Assembly: GCA_017441705.1 (NCBI GenBank)
Contig: JAFRWU010000014.1
Coordinates: forward strand, 422 to 64,421
DNA length: 64,000 nt
Reading direction: 5' to 3'
Source: Clostridia bacterium
GTDB lineage: Bacteria; Bacillota; Clostridia; Oscillospirales; QAMX01
Positions 24,060 to 33,634 of the stretch are shown here, piece by piece. Position numbers and translations under genes: made by a program. The notes beneath the pieces were generated by a model. It did no database searches, had not been told where the DNA came from, and saw nothing but the letters and a program-made list of their open reading frames with translations. How positions within the stretch are numbered: the first letter of the stretch is position 1; each line of letters starts with the position of its first letter.

Positions 24060-25814
24060 TCATTCGTCGATCAGAGGGGGAATATAATGGCGGAAAGCGT
24101 TGACGATCACCGGATGACGGATGACGAAATGCACCGTGGGAGATTTGCCCTTGGAAATGAGCACCTCGCCGTCTTCGGTCACGGTGTAGGAAAGGTTCCG
24201 GAAGGCCGGCGCGCGGTCGAAGGACAGGGAAAGATTGGGATGCTCCCGGGCGTAAGCGCGGGTTTCCTCCAGATGCCGGGCGTATTCCTTCGCCGTATAG
24301 TAATAGTCCGCGGCCGGGAAGAGATAGGCGAGGGGAAGCGCGGGCGCTTCCTGTGTGGAATCGGACTCCGCCTTCCAGGGCAGGACGATCCATTCCAGAC
24401 GGCTTTTTGCCAGGGTCGCGTCCATCAGACGGCGCCCTTCCCGGTGAAAGAGGCGGATCTCCTCGGCTTCCGCAGCGGGAAGAGCAAGCCGGGAAAGGAT
24501 CCCGTCCAGCGTTTCCTCCGACATGGTGGTCAAAGGCAGACTGTCTCCCACCATCCGGCGGGAAGCCGCGCGCTGATAACTGGCCTTGAAATAGGCGCGG
24601 AACTCCGCCTTCCGGTCGGCGCGGTACATCTCCATAACGGGTCTTGCGCGGGAGAGGAGATCCATCCCGATCCTGTGGCAGCGGGCAAGCTCTTCGCCGG
24701 ATTTGTATAGGTACAGCCTGCCGTTTTCAATGCGGCCCGCCGGAGCGCTGCCTTCCAGGGCGGCGGCGCCCGAGACCCGGAAATGATGGAGGAACACGCT
24801 CTTTTCCGCGGAAGGGAGATAATAGGCGCTGACGAGACCGGTCATATATAAGGGCACGTAGCTTTCGATCCCCAGAAGGATCTCCGACAGGGGGCGGTTG
24901 AGATCGTGCAGGACCCGGAACCGGATCCCTTTCTTCAGAAGCATCGCCATGGCGAGCATCCACTGCTTGTGGAACGAGGAATCCGTGTGAAGGGTCATGG
25001 GCATGTCGCTGTAAGCGATCACGTCCTCCTGGGAACGTGAAAGAAGCGTCAGCTTCAGGAAATCCATTTCCCCTTCGCTCATTCCCTTTGCGCCGCTGTA
25101 GGCCTTGATGGAGCGGAAATGCGGCACGGACGCCGGGAGGTGCACGTCGTCGAAGCGGAGCGACCGGGTAAAATCGACCAGATCAAAGTTGGCGAGACGG
25201 AAAAGCAGTGTGCCGACGGCGTTTTCATCCTCCGACGACTGATGCGTGCAGAGATACGCGATCACACCGTCCTTGTATGCGGCGGTCCCGGTCTCGGAAG
25301 AAAAGGACAGGAAATCCTCGAGGGTCGCCCGGAAGTCCGGTTCGGATTCGGCCCGCCCGGCGAAATAACCGGCCACCTCGGAGGTGAATTCGGCGAGCTC
25401 GGACGGCCGCCTCGTGCCGGAAAGGATCCGGGAAACGTGGCTGGGATCGTAAGCCAGCGCTCTCGCCAGCGTGACGCTTTTGACCGAAAGATGCGATAAA
25501 AGCGCGCGAAGGTTCGCGGCATAGGTCTTGTAGGGGACGAGAAGCCCTTCGTTCAGAGTTTCGGCGAGAGAATAATAAACGCCTTCTTCGGTCCAGGCGA
25601 AGCCCTGCCCGGCGCCGAGAGCGGCGATGCCGTGCGCAAGACTTTTCAGATGATCGCCCTCGGGAGCGGGGACGCGTTCGCCGTTGCGGTAGCGGGAAAG
25701 CGTACTGACGGAAAGTCCGGAAGCCTTGGCCATGACCGCATAAGTCGCGCCGAGCGCGTCCAGATAATAGGAAAGCTTTCCCTGAAATGAAGGGGCATGA
25801 CGGTCCGTGGACAT
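24060..25814 (-). CDS. Large XRE-family transcriptional regulator with two HTH modules
   Basis: Start moved to ATG 25814 (RBS aaggag, 7-nt spacing), giving 584 aa. HTH 1 is VMAKASGLSVSTLSRYRNGERVP. HTH 2 is TLARALAYDPSHVSRILSGTRRPS. An uncharacterised domain of about 400 aa follows. Confidence 0.75.
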   Translation of the reverse strand: MSTDRHAPSFQGKLSYYLDALGATYAVMAKASGLSVSTLSRYRNGERVPAPEGDHLKSLAHGIAALGAGQGFAWTEEGVYYSLAETLNEGLLVPYKTYAANLRALLSHLSVKSVTLARALAYDPSHVSRILSGTRRPSELAEFTSEVAGYFAGRAESEPDFRATLEDFLSFSSETGTAAYKDGVIAYLCTHQSSEDENAVGTLLFRLANFDLVDFTRSLRFDDVHLPASVPHFRSIKAYSGAKGMSEGEMDFLKLTLLSRSQEDVIAYSDMPMTLHTDSSFHKQWMLAMAMLLKKGIRFRVLHDLNRPLSEILLGIESYVPLYMTGLVSAYYLPSAEKSVFLHHFRVSGAAALEGSAPAGRIENGRLYLYKSGEELARCHRIGMDLLSRARPVMEMYRADRKAEFRAYFKASYQRAASRRMVGDSLPLTTMSEETLDGILSRLALPAAEAEEIRLFHREGRRLMDATLAKSRLEWIVLPWKAESDSTQEAPALPLAYLFPAADYYYTAKEYARHLEETRAYAREHPNLSLSFDRAPAFRNLSYTVTEDGEVLISKGKSPTVHFVIRHPVIVNAFRHYIPPLIDE

Positions 25815-26008
25815 GCGGAAACTCCTTCCGTATTTTCGTATGGACTGATTCACAGATATTATAGTATATTTTGGGACAATTCGGAAGAGCATTCGCACAT
25901 TTTTCCGATTTGTCAATGCAAAGCCGGGAAAACGCGGCTTTGTCCGTTTCCGACAAAGGATGACGGAGGGAAGAGACAGGCTTTCATCGAATTGCCGCCC
26001 GAAAGGAA

Positions 26009-26037
26009 TTGACAAAAGAGGAAAGGCGTGATATAAT
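26009..26037 (+). promoter_or_regulatory. Consensus sigma-A promoter of the pyr operon
   Basis: TTGACA (26009-26014), a 17-nt spacer, then TATAAT (26032-26037). Confidence 0.75.
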
Positions 26038-26065
26038 ATCCGGGATCAAGAGGAATGGATCATGG

Positions 26066-26100
26066 CTCTTTAAGGCGATCCCGTGAGATCGGCAAGACCG
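26066..26100 (+). promoter_or_regulatory. PyrR-binding-loop-like element in the pyr leader
   Basis: CTCTTTAAGGCGATCCCGTGAGATCGGCAAGACC resembles, from memory, the Firmicute PyrR site (UUUAAGG..rUCCnGnGAGrYY..GCAAG). Its 3' flank CGGCAAG can pair with CTTGCCG in the terminator's 5' arm, giving alternative structures. Confidence 0.5.
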
Positions 26101-26153
26101 TGCCGCCCCGTCCCGGAGGGTGAATGCCCGTCCGGCGTTTTACGATGGGTCCC

Positions 26154-26187
26154 GACGCCTTGCCGCTTTCCGCGGCAGGGCTTTTTT
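26154..26187 (+). terminator. Leader attenuator terminator upstream of pyrC
   Basis: The CCTTGCCGC / GCGGCAGGG hairpin (one mismatch) is followed by CTTTTTTG, 25 nt before ATG 26212. Confidence 0.65.
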
Positions 26188-26211
26188 GATCCCGGAAAGG
26201 AGAACGAACCC

Positions 26212-27426
26212 ATGAAAGACGGCGTCAAAAGAGAGGATCTTCTCACCGTTCTGATCTCCGGCGATCTCATTTCCGACGAATTCCTTTCGCTCCTTCCCGT
26301 GCGGGAAGGCGCGCGATACGCTGTTTTCCCCGGCTTCTGCGACGTGCACGTGCATTTTCGCGAGCCGGGGTTTTCCTATAAAGAGACGATCGCATCCGGC
26401 ACGCGCGCCGCGGCGCGGGGAGGGTATACCACGGTGATGACCATGCCGAACCTCGATCCGGTGCCCGATTCGCTCCCGCATCTGGAAGAAGAGCTTGCGA
26501 TCATCCGGCGCGACGCGGTGATCGAGACGATCCCCCTGGGCGCCCTGACCATTGGCGAACGCGGGGAAGAGCTGGCCGACCTTCAGGGAATGGCACCTTA
26601 CGTCGGAGCCTTTTCGGACGACGGCAAGGGCGTGCAGTCGGAAGAGATGATGCGCCGGGCGATGAAGGAAACCAAAAGACTCGGCAGGATCCTGGCCGCC
26701 CACTGCGAGGATGAAGCGCTTGTCAATCACGGGGTGATCCACGCGGGGAGATACGCGGCGGACACCGGCCTTCCGGGGATCCTGTCGGAAAGCGAATGGA
26801 AACCGATCGAAAGGGATCTCGCTCTCGCACGGGAGACCGGCGCAGCCTACCACGTCTGCCATGTCTCGACGAAGGAGAGCGTGGAGCTGATCCGCCGGGC
26901 GAAAAAAGAAGGCGCGGACGTCACCTGCGAGACCGCGCCCCACTACCTTCTTCTGGACGAAGGGGATCTGCGGGACGAGGGAAGATTCAAGATGAACCCG
27001 CCCCTGCGGGGCAAAGACGACCGGGAAGCTCTGATCGAGGGGCTTCTGGACGGAACGATCGATATGATCGCCACCGATCACGCGCCGCACGGCCGGGAGG
27101 AAAAGGACAGGGGTCTTCTGGGAAGCCCCTTCGGCGTCGTGGGCATCGAAACGGCCTTCCCGCTTTTGTATACGGGTCTGGTCGAAGGAGGGATCCTGAG
27201 CCTTGAAAGGCTCGCCGCGCTCCTCACGAAAAAACCCAGAGAGCGCTTCGGGATCCCGGAAAAGCGGGACTTCACCGTATGGGATCTCGCCTGGCGGGGA
27301 ACGGTGCGGCCGGAGGAATTCCTCTCCCGGGGAAGGGCGACCCCCTTCGAGGGATGGGAGATCACGGGGAAATGCATGCTGACGGTCTCGGAGGGCAGAG
27401 TCGTGTACCGGGACGGGATGAGATAA
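26212..27426 (+). CDS. pyrC: Dihydroorotase
   Basis: Start at ATG 26212 (RBS ggaaaggag). Contains FPGFCDVHVHFREPG, a metal-binding HxH. 404 aa. The track start 26083 lies inside the leader. Confidence 0.9.
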   Translation: MKDGVKREDLLTVLISGDLISDEFLSLLPVREGARYAVFPGFCDVHVHFREPGFSYKETIASGTRAAARGGYTTVMTMPNLDPVPDSLPHLEEELAIIRRDAVIETIPLGALTIGERGEELADLQGMAPYVGAFSDDGKGVQSEEMMRRAMKETKRLGRILAAHCEDEALVNHGVIHAGRYAADTGLPGILSESEWKPIERDLALARETGAAYHVCHVSTKESVELIRRAKKEGADVTCETAPHYLLLDEGDLRDEGRFKMNPPLRGKDDREALIEGLLDGTIDMIATDHAPHGREEKDRGLLGSPFGVVGIETAFPLLYTGLVEGGILSLERLAALLTKKPRERFGIPEKRDFTVWDLAWRGTVRPEEFLSRGRATPFEGWEITGKCMLTVSEGRVVYRDGMR

Positions 27427-27441
27427 AGGGAGGAAAAGAAC

Positions 27442-30400
27442 GTGGCAAAGAGAAAAGACGTCAGGAAAGTGCTGATCATCGGCTCCGGCCCCATCGTCAT
27501 CGGGCAGGCGGCGGAGTTCGACTACGCGGGCACCCAGGCATGCCTTGCGCTGAAGGAGGAGGGATACGAGGTCATCCTCTGCAATTCCAACCCCGCCACC
27601 ATCATGACCGACACCGCCATCGCCGACAAGGTGTATATGGAGCCGCTGACCCTGGAATACGTCGCCAAGATCCTGCGGTACGAAAGGCCGGACGCCATCG
27701 TGCCGGGCATCGGCGGACAGACGGGACTGAACCTGGCGATGCAGCTGGAAAAGAAGGGCGTTCTGAAGGAATGCGGAGTGGAGCTTCTCGGCACCTCCAG
27801 CCGCTCCATCGAACGGGCCGAGGACCGGGAGCTGTTCAAGGAAATGTGCGAATCCATCGGGGAACCCGTGATCCCCTCCGAGATCACCTACGATCTGGAG
27901 GAGGCGAAGGCGGCGGCCGGCCGCATCGGGTATCCGGTGGTCCTGCGCCCGGCCTTCACGCTGGGCGGGACCGGCGGCGGCTTCGCCAATGACGAAGAGG
28001 AGCTTGTCGAGATCGGCACCAACGCCTTCCGGCTCTCCCCGGTGCATCAGGTGCTGGTGGAAAAGAGCGTCAAGGGATATAAAGAGATCGAATTCGAGGT
28101 CATGCGCGACTCGGCGGATCACGTCGTCACCATCTGCGGCATGGAAAACGTGGATCCCGTGGGCGTGCACACCGGCGACTCGATCGTGGTGGCGCCGATC
28201 CTTTCGCTGAACGAAAAGGATCTCAAAATGCTCAACGACAGCGCCGTCAGGATCATCCGGGAGCTCGAGATCGAGGGCGGCTGCAACGTACAGTTCGCCC
28301 TGAATCCGGCCTCCAGCGAGTACTACCTCATCGAGGTCAATCCCCGGGTCTCCCGCTCGTCGGCTCTGGCGTCGAAGGCCTCGGGGTATCCCATCGCCCG
28401 CGTCACCGCCAAGATCGCTCTGGGGATGCTTCTGGAGGAGATCCCGGTGGCCGGCGGCACCGCCGCCGCCGAACCGAGTCTGGATTACGTGGTGGCGAAA
28501 TTCCCGCGCTTCCCCTTCGACAAATTCGCCGACGCGCCGAACCTCCTGGGCACCCAGATGAAAGCCACGGGCGAGGTCATGGGGATCGGCTCCACTCTGG
28601 ATGAAAGTCTTCTGAAATCGGTCCGGTCGCTGGAGATCGGCGCGAATCATTTCCATTTGAAAAAATTCGACGAAAAAAGCGACGAGGAGCTGATCCGCTA
28701 CGTCTCCGATTTCCGGGACGACAATATCTTCGCGATTTTCGAGCTCCTCCGCAGAGGCGTCTCCGTGGAAGAGCTGCACAGGATCACCATGATCACGCCG
28801 CTTTTCCTGGAGGCCTTCCGGCGGATCACGGAGATGGAAGGGATCCTGAAGGAAAAGGTCAACTCCCTGAAGGTGCTCCGGGCGGCCAAGACCATGGGCT
28901 TTTCGGATGCGGCAATCGCCGGTTTCTGGAACCTCACCGAGATCGAGGTCTACGAAAAGAGAAAGAAAAACGGCATCGTGCCGGTCTTCCGGATGGTGGA
29001 CACCCTGCACACCGGGAAATACATCGCTTATCTCTACTCGACCTATCTGGACGGGTGTGAAAACCAGTCCCGCCTTTCCGACAGGAAAAAGATCGTGGTG
29101 CTGGGCGCGGGCCCGATCCGCATCGGCCAGGGCGTGGAATTCGATTATTCCACGGTCCACGCGGTGCAGACCATCCGCCGGGCCGGGTACGAGGCCATCA
29201 TCGTCAACAACAACCCCGAAACGGTTTCCACCGACTATACGACCTCCGACAAGCTCTATTTCGAGCCCCTGACCCCGGAGGACGTGACCGCGATCCTCGA
29301 TTATGAAAAGCCGGAGGGCGTGATCGCATCTCTGGGCGGCCAGACCGCCATCAATCTCGCGCAGCCCCTGATGGACCGGGGCGTGAAGATCATCGGCACC
29401 GACTGCGCGGCCATCGAACGGGCGGAAAACCGCGACAGCTTTGAAAAGATCCTCCGCGATCTCGGGATCCCCCAGCCGAAAGGCGAGGCGGTCACCGACA
29501 TCGAGGAGGGCGTGCGCGCGGCGCGCGAGATCGGGTATCCCGTCCTGGTGCGGCCTTCCTTCGTCCTGGGCGGACGCGCCATGCGGATCGTCGCCGACGA
29601 GGGACAGCTCCGCCATTACCTGAAGACCGCCGTGGCCATCGACGAGGACAAGCCGGTCCTGGTGGACAAGTACATCGAGGGCAAGGAGGTGGAGGTGGAC
29701 GCCATCTGCGACGGACGCGACGTGTTCGTGCCAGGCATCATGGAGCTGGTGGAGCGTACCGGCATCCACTCGGGCGACTCCATCAGCGTCTATCCGACCT
29801 TTTCCATCTCCGATAAAGTCAGGGGCACCATCCTGCGCTACGCAAAAAAACTCGGCCTCGGCATCGGGATCGTGGGCCTTTACAACATCCAGTTCATCGT
29901 GGACCCTCACGACGACGTTTACGTCATCGAGGTGAATCCCCGCTCCTCCCGCACGGTGCCCTTCCTCTCCAAGGCCACCGGCTGGAGCCTGGCGGACATC
30001 GCCACCGAGGCGATCCTCGGCGTTTCCCTGAAGGAGCAGGGGATCTTCGATCTCTATCCCGAGGAAAAGAAGCGGTTCTACGTGAAGGTGCCGGTGTTCT
30101 CCTTCAACAAGATCAAAGGACTGGACGCCTATCTCTCGCCCGAAATGAAATCCACCGGCGAGGCGATCGGCTACGACGACAAACTGAACCGCGCGCTCTA
30201 CAAGGCCCTGCAGGCCGCGGGGACCCATCTGCAGAATTACGGCACGGTGTTCGCCACCATCGCCGACAAGGACAAGGCCGAGGCGCTTCCCCTGATCCGC
30301 CGGTTCTACAATCTGGGCTTCAACATCGAGGCCACCGCCGGAACGGCCCGCTTCCTGAAGGAGAACGGCATCCGCACCCACGTCCTGGGCAAGATCAGCG

Positions 30401-30621
30401 AGGGGAGCGACGAGATCCCCGAAGCGATCCGCCAGGGACACATCGCCTATATCCTCAATACCCGGGACATCGGTTCCGGCACCGAGGCGACCGACGGTGT
30501 GAAGATCCGGCTCTGCGCCACCGAAAACAACGCCACGATGTTCACCTCTCTCGACACGGTGCGGGTGCTTCTGGACGTTCTGGAAGAGACCACCCTGACC
30601 ATCTCCACCATCGACGCCTGA
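27442..30621 (+). CDS. carB: Carbamoyl-phosphate synthase large subunit
   Basis: 1059 aa with a GTG start. The N-terminus AKRKDVRKVLIIGSGPIVIGQAAEFDYAG is followed by duplicated ATP-grasp halves and a C-terminal MGS-like domain. Confidence 0.95.
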   Translation: MAKRKDVRKVLIIGSGPIVIGQAAEFDYAGTQACLALKEEGYEVILCNSNPATIMTDTAIADKVYMEPLTLEYVAKILRYERPDAIVPGIGGQTGLNLAMQLEKKGVLKECGVELLGTSSRSIERAEDRELFKEMCESIGEPVIPSEITYDLEEAKAAAGRIGYPVVLRPAFTLGGTGGGFANDEEELVEIGTNAFRLSPVHQVLVEKSVKGYKEIEFEVMRDSADHVVTICGMENVDPVGVHTGDSIVVAPILSLNEKDLKMLNDSAVRIIRELEIEGGCNVQFALNPASSEYYLIEVNPRVSRSSALASKASGYPIARVTAKIALGMLLEEIPVAGGTAAAEPSLDYVVAKFPRFPFDKFADAPNLLGTQMKATGEVMGIGSTLDESLLKSVRSLEIGANHFHLKKFDEKSDEELIRYVSDFRDDNIFAIFELLRRGVSVEELHRITMITPLFLEAFRRITEMEGILKEKVNSLKVLRAAKTMGFSDAAIAGFWNLTEIEVYEKRKKNGIVPVFRMVDTLHTGKYIAYLYSTYLDGCENQSRLSDRKKIVVLGAGPIRIGQGVEFDYSTVHAVQTIRRAGYEAIIVNNNPETVSTDYTTSDKLYFEPLTPEDVTAILDYEKPEGVIASLGGQTAINLAQPLMDRGVKIIGTDCAAIERAENRDSFEKILRDLGIPQPKGEAVTDIEEGVRAAREIGYPVLVRPSFVLGGRAMRIVADEGQLRHYLKTAVAIDEDKPVLVDKYIEGKEVEVDAICDGRDVFVPGIMELVERTGIHSGDSISVYPTFSISDKVRGTILRYAKKLGLGIGIVGLYNIQFIVDPHDDVYVIEVNPRSSRTVPFLSKATGWSLADIATEAILGVSLKEQGIFDLYPEEKKRFYVKVPVFSFNKIKGLDAYLSPEMKSTGEAIGYDDKLNRALYKALQAAGTHLQNYGTVFATIADKDKAEALPLIRRFYNLGFNIEATAGTARFLKENGIRTHVLGKISEGSDEIPEAIRQGHIAYILNTRDIGSGTEATDGVKIRLCATENNATMFTSLDTVRVLLDVLEETTLTISTIDA

Positions 30622-30634
30622 AAGGGAAGCGGAT

Positions 30635-31369
30635 ATGAAAGAAGTATCGTTTCGCATCCTTTCCAACCGGCCTCTGACCGGCGAGGTCTTTGAGATGAAG
30701 CTTTCGGGCGACGTCTCGGACTTCCGCGGTCCCGGACAGTTCGCGGAGGTCGCGCTCCCCGGGTTCTTTCTGCGCCGCCCCATCTCGGCGGCCGATCTCG
30801 GGGAAAACAGTCTGACCCTGATCTATAAGACCGTGGGGAAAGGCACCGGATCCATGAGCCGCCTGACGCCCGGCGCGGAGCTTTCGATCCTGACCGGACT
30901 CGGAAACGGGTACGATCTCAGCCGGGCGGGGGAAACGCCCCTCCTGATCGGCGGCGGAGTCGGCGTACCGCCCCTCTATCTTCTGGCGAAGCGCCTGCGG
31001 GAAGAGGGGAAAGCCGTGCGTGCGATCCTCGGCTTCAACACGAAAAGCGAGATCTTTTACGAGGAGGAATTCCGCGCTCTCGGCGCCGGGGTCACGGTGA
31101 CCACCGTCGACGGCAGCGCCGGGACGAAGGGCTTCGTCACAGACGCGCTTCCCGAAAAGCCCGGATATTTTTACGCCTGCGGGCCGCTCCCCATGCTCCG
31201 CGCGGTATACCGCGCCGTCCCCGGCGCGGGGGAATTCAGCCTGGAAGAGCGGATGGGCTGCGGCTTCGGCGCGTGCATGGGCTGCACGATCGAGACGGCG
31301 TCCGGCCCGAAACGCGTCTGCCGGGACGGACCGGTTTTCCGGAAGGAGGAGCTTTTATGGGGAAAATGA
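30635..31369 (+). CDS. pyrK: Dihydroorotate dehydrogenase B electron-transfer subunit
   Basis: 244 aa with an FAD/NAD-binding fold and the C-terminal 2Fe-2S motif CGFGACMGC...C. Confidence 0.9.
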   Translation: MKEVSFRILSNRPLTGEVFEMKLSGDVSDFRGPGQFAEVALPGFFLRRPISAADLGENSLTLIYKTVGKGTGSMSRLTPGAELSILTGLGNGYDLSRAGETPLLIGGGVGVPPLYLLAKRLREEGKAVRAILGFNTKSEIFYEEEFRALGAGVTVTTVDGSAGTKGFVTDALPEKPGYFYACGPLPMLRAVYRAVPGAGEFSLEERMGCGFGACMGCTIETASGPKRVCRDGPVFRKEELLWGK

Positions 31370-32274
31370 GCGTGGACCTCTGCGGGATCGAACTGGAGAA
31401 TCCCGTGATCCCTGCCTCCGGCACCTTCGGCTTCGGCTATGAATTCGCGGAGCTGTACGACATCAACCGGCTCGGGACCTTTTCCTTCAAGGGCACGACG
31501 CTCTACCCCCGTTTCGGCAATCCCACCCCCCGCATCGCGGAGACCCCGGCGGGCATGCTCAACGCGGTGGGGCTGCAGAATCCCGGCGTGGAAAAGGTGA
31601 TCGCCGAGGAGCTCCCGAAGCTCCGGCGGGTTTTCTCCAAAAAGGTCATGGCCAACGTCAGCGGCTTTTCGGAGGAGGAATATGAAAAAACGGCGGCCCT
31701 TCTCGATAAAGAGGAGATCGTCGGATGGATCGAGCTGAACGTCTCCTGCCCCAACGTTCACGGCGGCGGCATGAGCTTCGGCACCGATCCGGATCGTGCG
31801 GCGCGGGTGACGGAGCGTGTGAAGAGGGCCGTGAAGAAGCCTTTGATCGTGAAACTTTCCCCCAACGTGACCGACGTCGCGGAGATCGCCAGGGCGTGCG
31901 AAGCGGCGGGCGCCGACGGGATCAGCCTGATCAACACCCTGATGGGGATGCGGATCGATCCCGGGACGAGAAGGCCGATCCTCGGAAACGTCACCGGCGG
32001 GCTTTCGGGCCCCGCGGTATTCCCGGTCGCTCTGCGGATGGTGTGGCAGGTATACGAAGCGGTGAAGATCCCGGTGGTGGGCATGGGCGGCGTCACGTCG
32101 GCGGAGGACGCGATCGAAATGATCCTGGCAGGCGCGACCGCGGTGGAGGTCGGCGCTGCCAATCTGACCGACCCTATGGCTTCGCTGAAGATCGTGGAGG
32201 ATCTTCCGCGCGTCATGGAAAAATACGGTATCGACAGTCTTGCGGACGTGAAAGGAGCGGCGCATCATGGGTAA
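31357..32274 (+). CDS. pyrD: Dihydroorotate dehydrogenase B catalytic subunit
   Basis: Start moved to ATG 31357 (RBS ggaaggagga), overlapping the pyrK end. Begins MGKMSVDLCGIELENPVIPASGTFGFG. 305 aa. Confidence 0.9.
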   Translation: MGKMSVDLCGIELENPVIPASGTFGFGYEFAELYDINRLGTFSFKGTTLYPRFGNPTPRIAETPAGMLNAVGLQNPGVEKVIAEELPKLRRVFSKKVMANVSGFSEEEYEKTAALLDKEEIVGWIELNVSCPNVHGGGMSFGTDPDRAARVTERVKRAVKKPLIVKLSPNVTDVAEIARACEAAGADGISLINTLMGMRIDPGTRRPILGNVTGGLSGPAVFPVALRMVWQVYEAVKIPVVGMGGVTSAEDAIEMILAGATAVEVGAANLTDPMASLKIVEDLPRVMEKYGIDSLADVKGAAHHG

Positions 32275-32965
32275 GGACGTGATCGTGGCCTGCGATTTTC
32301 CGGGGAAAACGGAAACGCTGGCCTTCCTGGACAGGTTCGAAGGGAAAAAGCCCTTCGTCAAGATCGGCATGGAGCTTTATTACGCCGAAGGCCCGGAAAT
32401 CGTCCGGGAGCTGAAAAAAAGAGGGCACAGGATCTTTCTGGATCTGAAGCTTCACGATATCCCCAATCAGGTCAGACGCGCCATGGCGGCGCTTTCCCGG
32501 CTTGATATCGACATGGTGAACGTGCACGCGGGCGGGACGATCGCCATGATGGAAGCCGCGAGGGAGGGCCTGACCCGTCCGGACGGGACGCGGCCTCTCC
32601 TGATCGCGGTGACCATGCTGACCTCCACCGATCAGGAGCGCATGGAGCGCGATCTGCTCATTCGCGAGCCCATCGACCGGGTCGTTTTGCACTACGCGGA
32701 AAACGCTGCGAAGGCGGGGCTTGACGGCGTGGTCTGCTCGCCTCTGGAGGCGGGAAAGGTGCACGAAGCCTGCGGCCGGAGCTTTTTGACCGTCACGCCC
32801 GGCGTGCGCTTCGCCGACGGAGACGTCGGGGATCAGAAGCGCGTCGCCACCCCGGCGAAGGCGCGGGAGATCGGATCGGATTACATCGTGGTCGGGCGCC
32901 CCGTCACGGCGGCGGCCGATCCCGTCGCGGCGTACGAGCGCTGCCTTGCGGAATTTCTGGATTGA
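32267..32965 (+). CDS. pyrF: Orotidine 5'-phosphate decarboxylase
   Basis: 232 aa with the FLDLKLHDIPNQ motif. It overlaps the pyrD end by 8 nt. Confidence 0.95.
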   Translation: MGKDVIVACDFPGKTETLAFLDRFEGKKPFVKIGMELYYAEGPEIVRELKKRGHRIFLDLKLHDIPNQVRRAMAALSRLDIDMVNVHAGGTIAMMEAAREGLTRPDGTRPLLIAVTMLTSTDQERMERDLLIREPIDRVVLHYAENAAKAGLDGVVCSPLEAGKVHEACGRSFLTVTPGVRFADGDVGDQKRVATPAKAREIGSDYIVVGRPVTAAADPVAAYERCLAEFLD

Positions 32966-32977
32966 AGGAGGACGGAC

Positions 32978-33634
32978 ATGGAAACGTATAAAAGAGAGTT
33001 CATCGCATTCCTGGAAGAAGCCGGGGTGCTGAAATTCGGAGATTTCACCGCCAAGAGCGGCCGGAAGATCCCCTATTTTATCAACGCGGGAGAGATCAAG
33101 ACCGGCGCCCGGATCGCCCGGCTGGGAGAATTCTACGCGAAGGCCTATCTGGAAAAGCTGGGCCGCCGCCCTTCCGTCCTCTTCGGACCCGCCTACAAAG
33201 GGATCCCCCTGGCGGTCACGGCCGCCGCGGCTCTGGCGAAGGAGGGGCTTGACCTGCCCTTCTTCTTCAATCGCAAGGAGGCCAAGGACCACGGGGAGGG
33301 CGGCCAGCTGGTGGGTTATGTGCCCCGGCCCGGTCAGGAAGCGGTCATCATCGAGGACGTGATCACCGCCGGTACCGCCATCCGGGAGAGCATGGCCCTC
33401 TTCGAAAAGCTGGAAGGCGTGAAGGTGGCCGCCGCCTTTGTGATGGTGGACCGGAAGGAGAAAGGCCAGGGCGAAAAGTCCGCCATAGCGGAGGTGGAGG
33501 AGCTCTTTGGCTTCCCGGTCTACAGCATCGCGGACGTTTACGATATTCTGGAATACCTCGCGGAAGACGAAAAAAACGCCGCCCATATCGCCAGGATCAA
33601 GGCCTATCTCAGTGTGAACGGAGCGAAAGCATGA
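32978..33634 (+). CDS. pyrE: Orotate phosphoribosyltransferase
   Basis: 218 aa with the PRPP-binding loop VIIEDVITAGT. Confidence 0.95.
   Translation: METYKREFIAFLEEAGVLKFGDFTAKSGRKIPYFINAGEIKTGARIARLGEFYAKAYLEKLGRRPSVLFGPAYKGIPLAVTAAAALAKEGLDLPFFFNRKEAKDHGEGGQLVGYVPRPGQEAVIIEDVITAGTAIRESMALFEKLEGVKVAAAFVMVDRKEKGQGEKSAIAEVEELFGFPVYSIADVYDILEYLAEDEKNAAHIARIKAYLSVNGAKA

Noticed and set aside
26140-30783. 1547-aa ORF on the minus strand spanning pyrC and carB
   Set aside because: It is codon-aligned antisense to pyrC and carB, which share a reading-frame phase. An antisense stop would require a sense TTA, CTA or TCA codon, so the open frame only shows that these codons are absent from about 1460 consecutive sense codons (extreme GC3 bias). 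The product is Arg/Gly/Asp-rich with no motif, whereas the plus-strand genes have unmistakable motifs.
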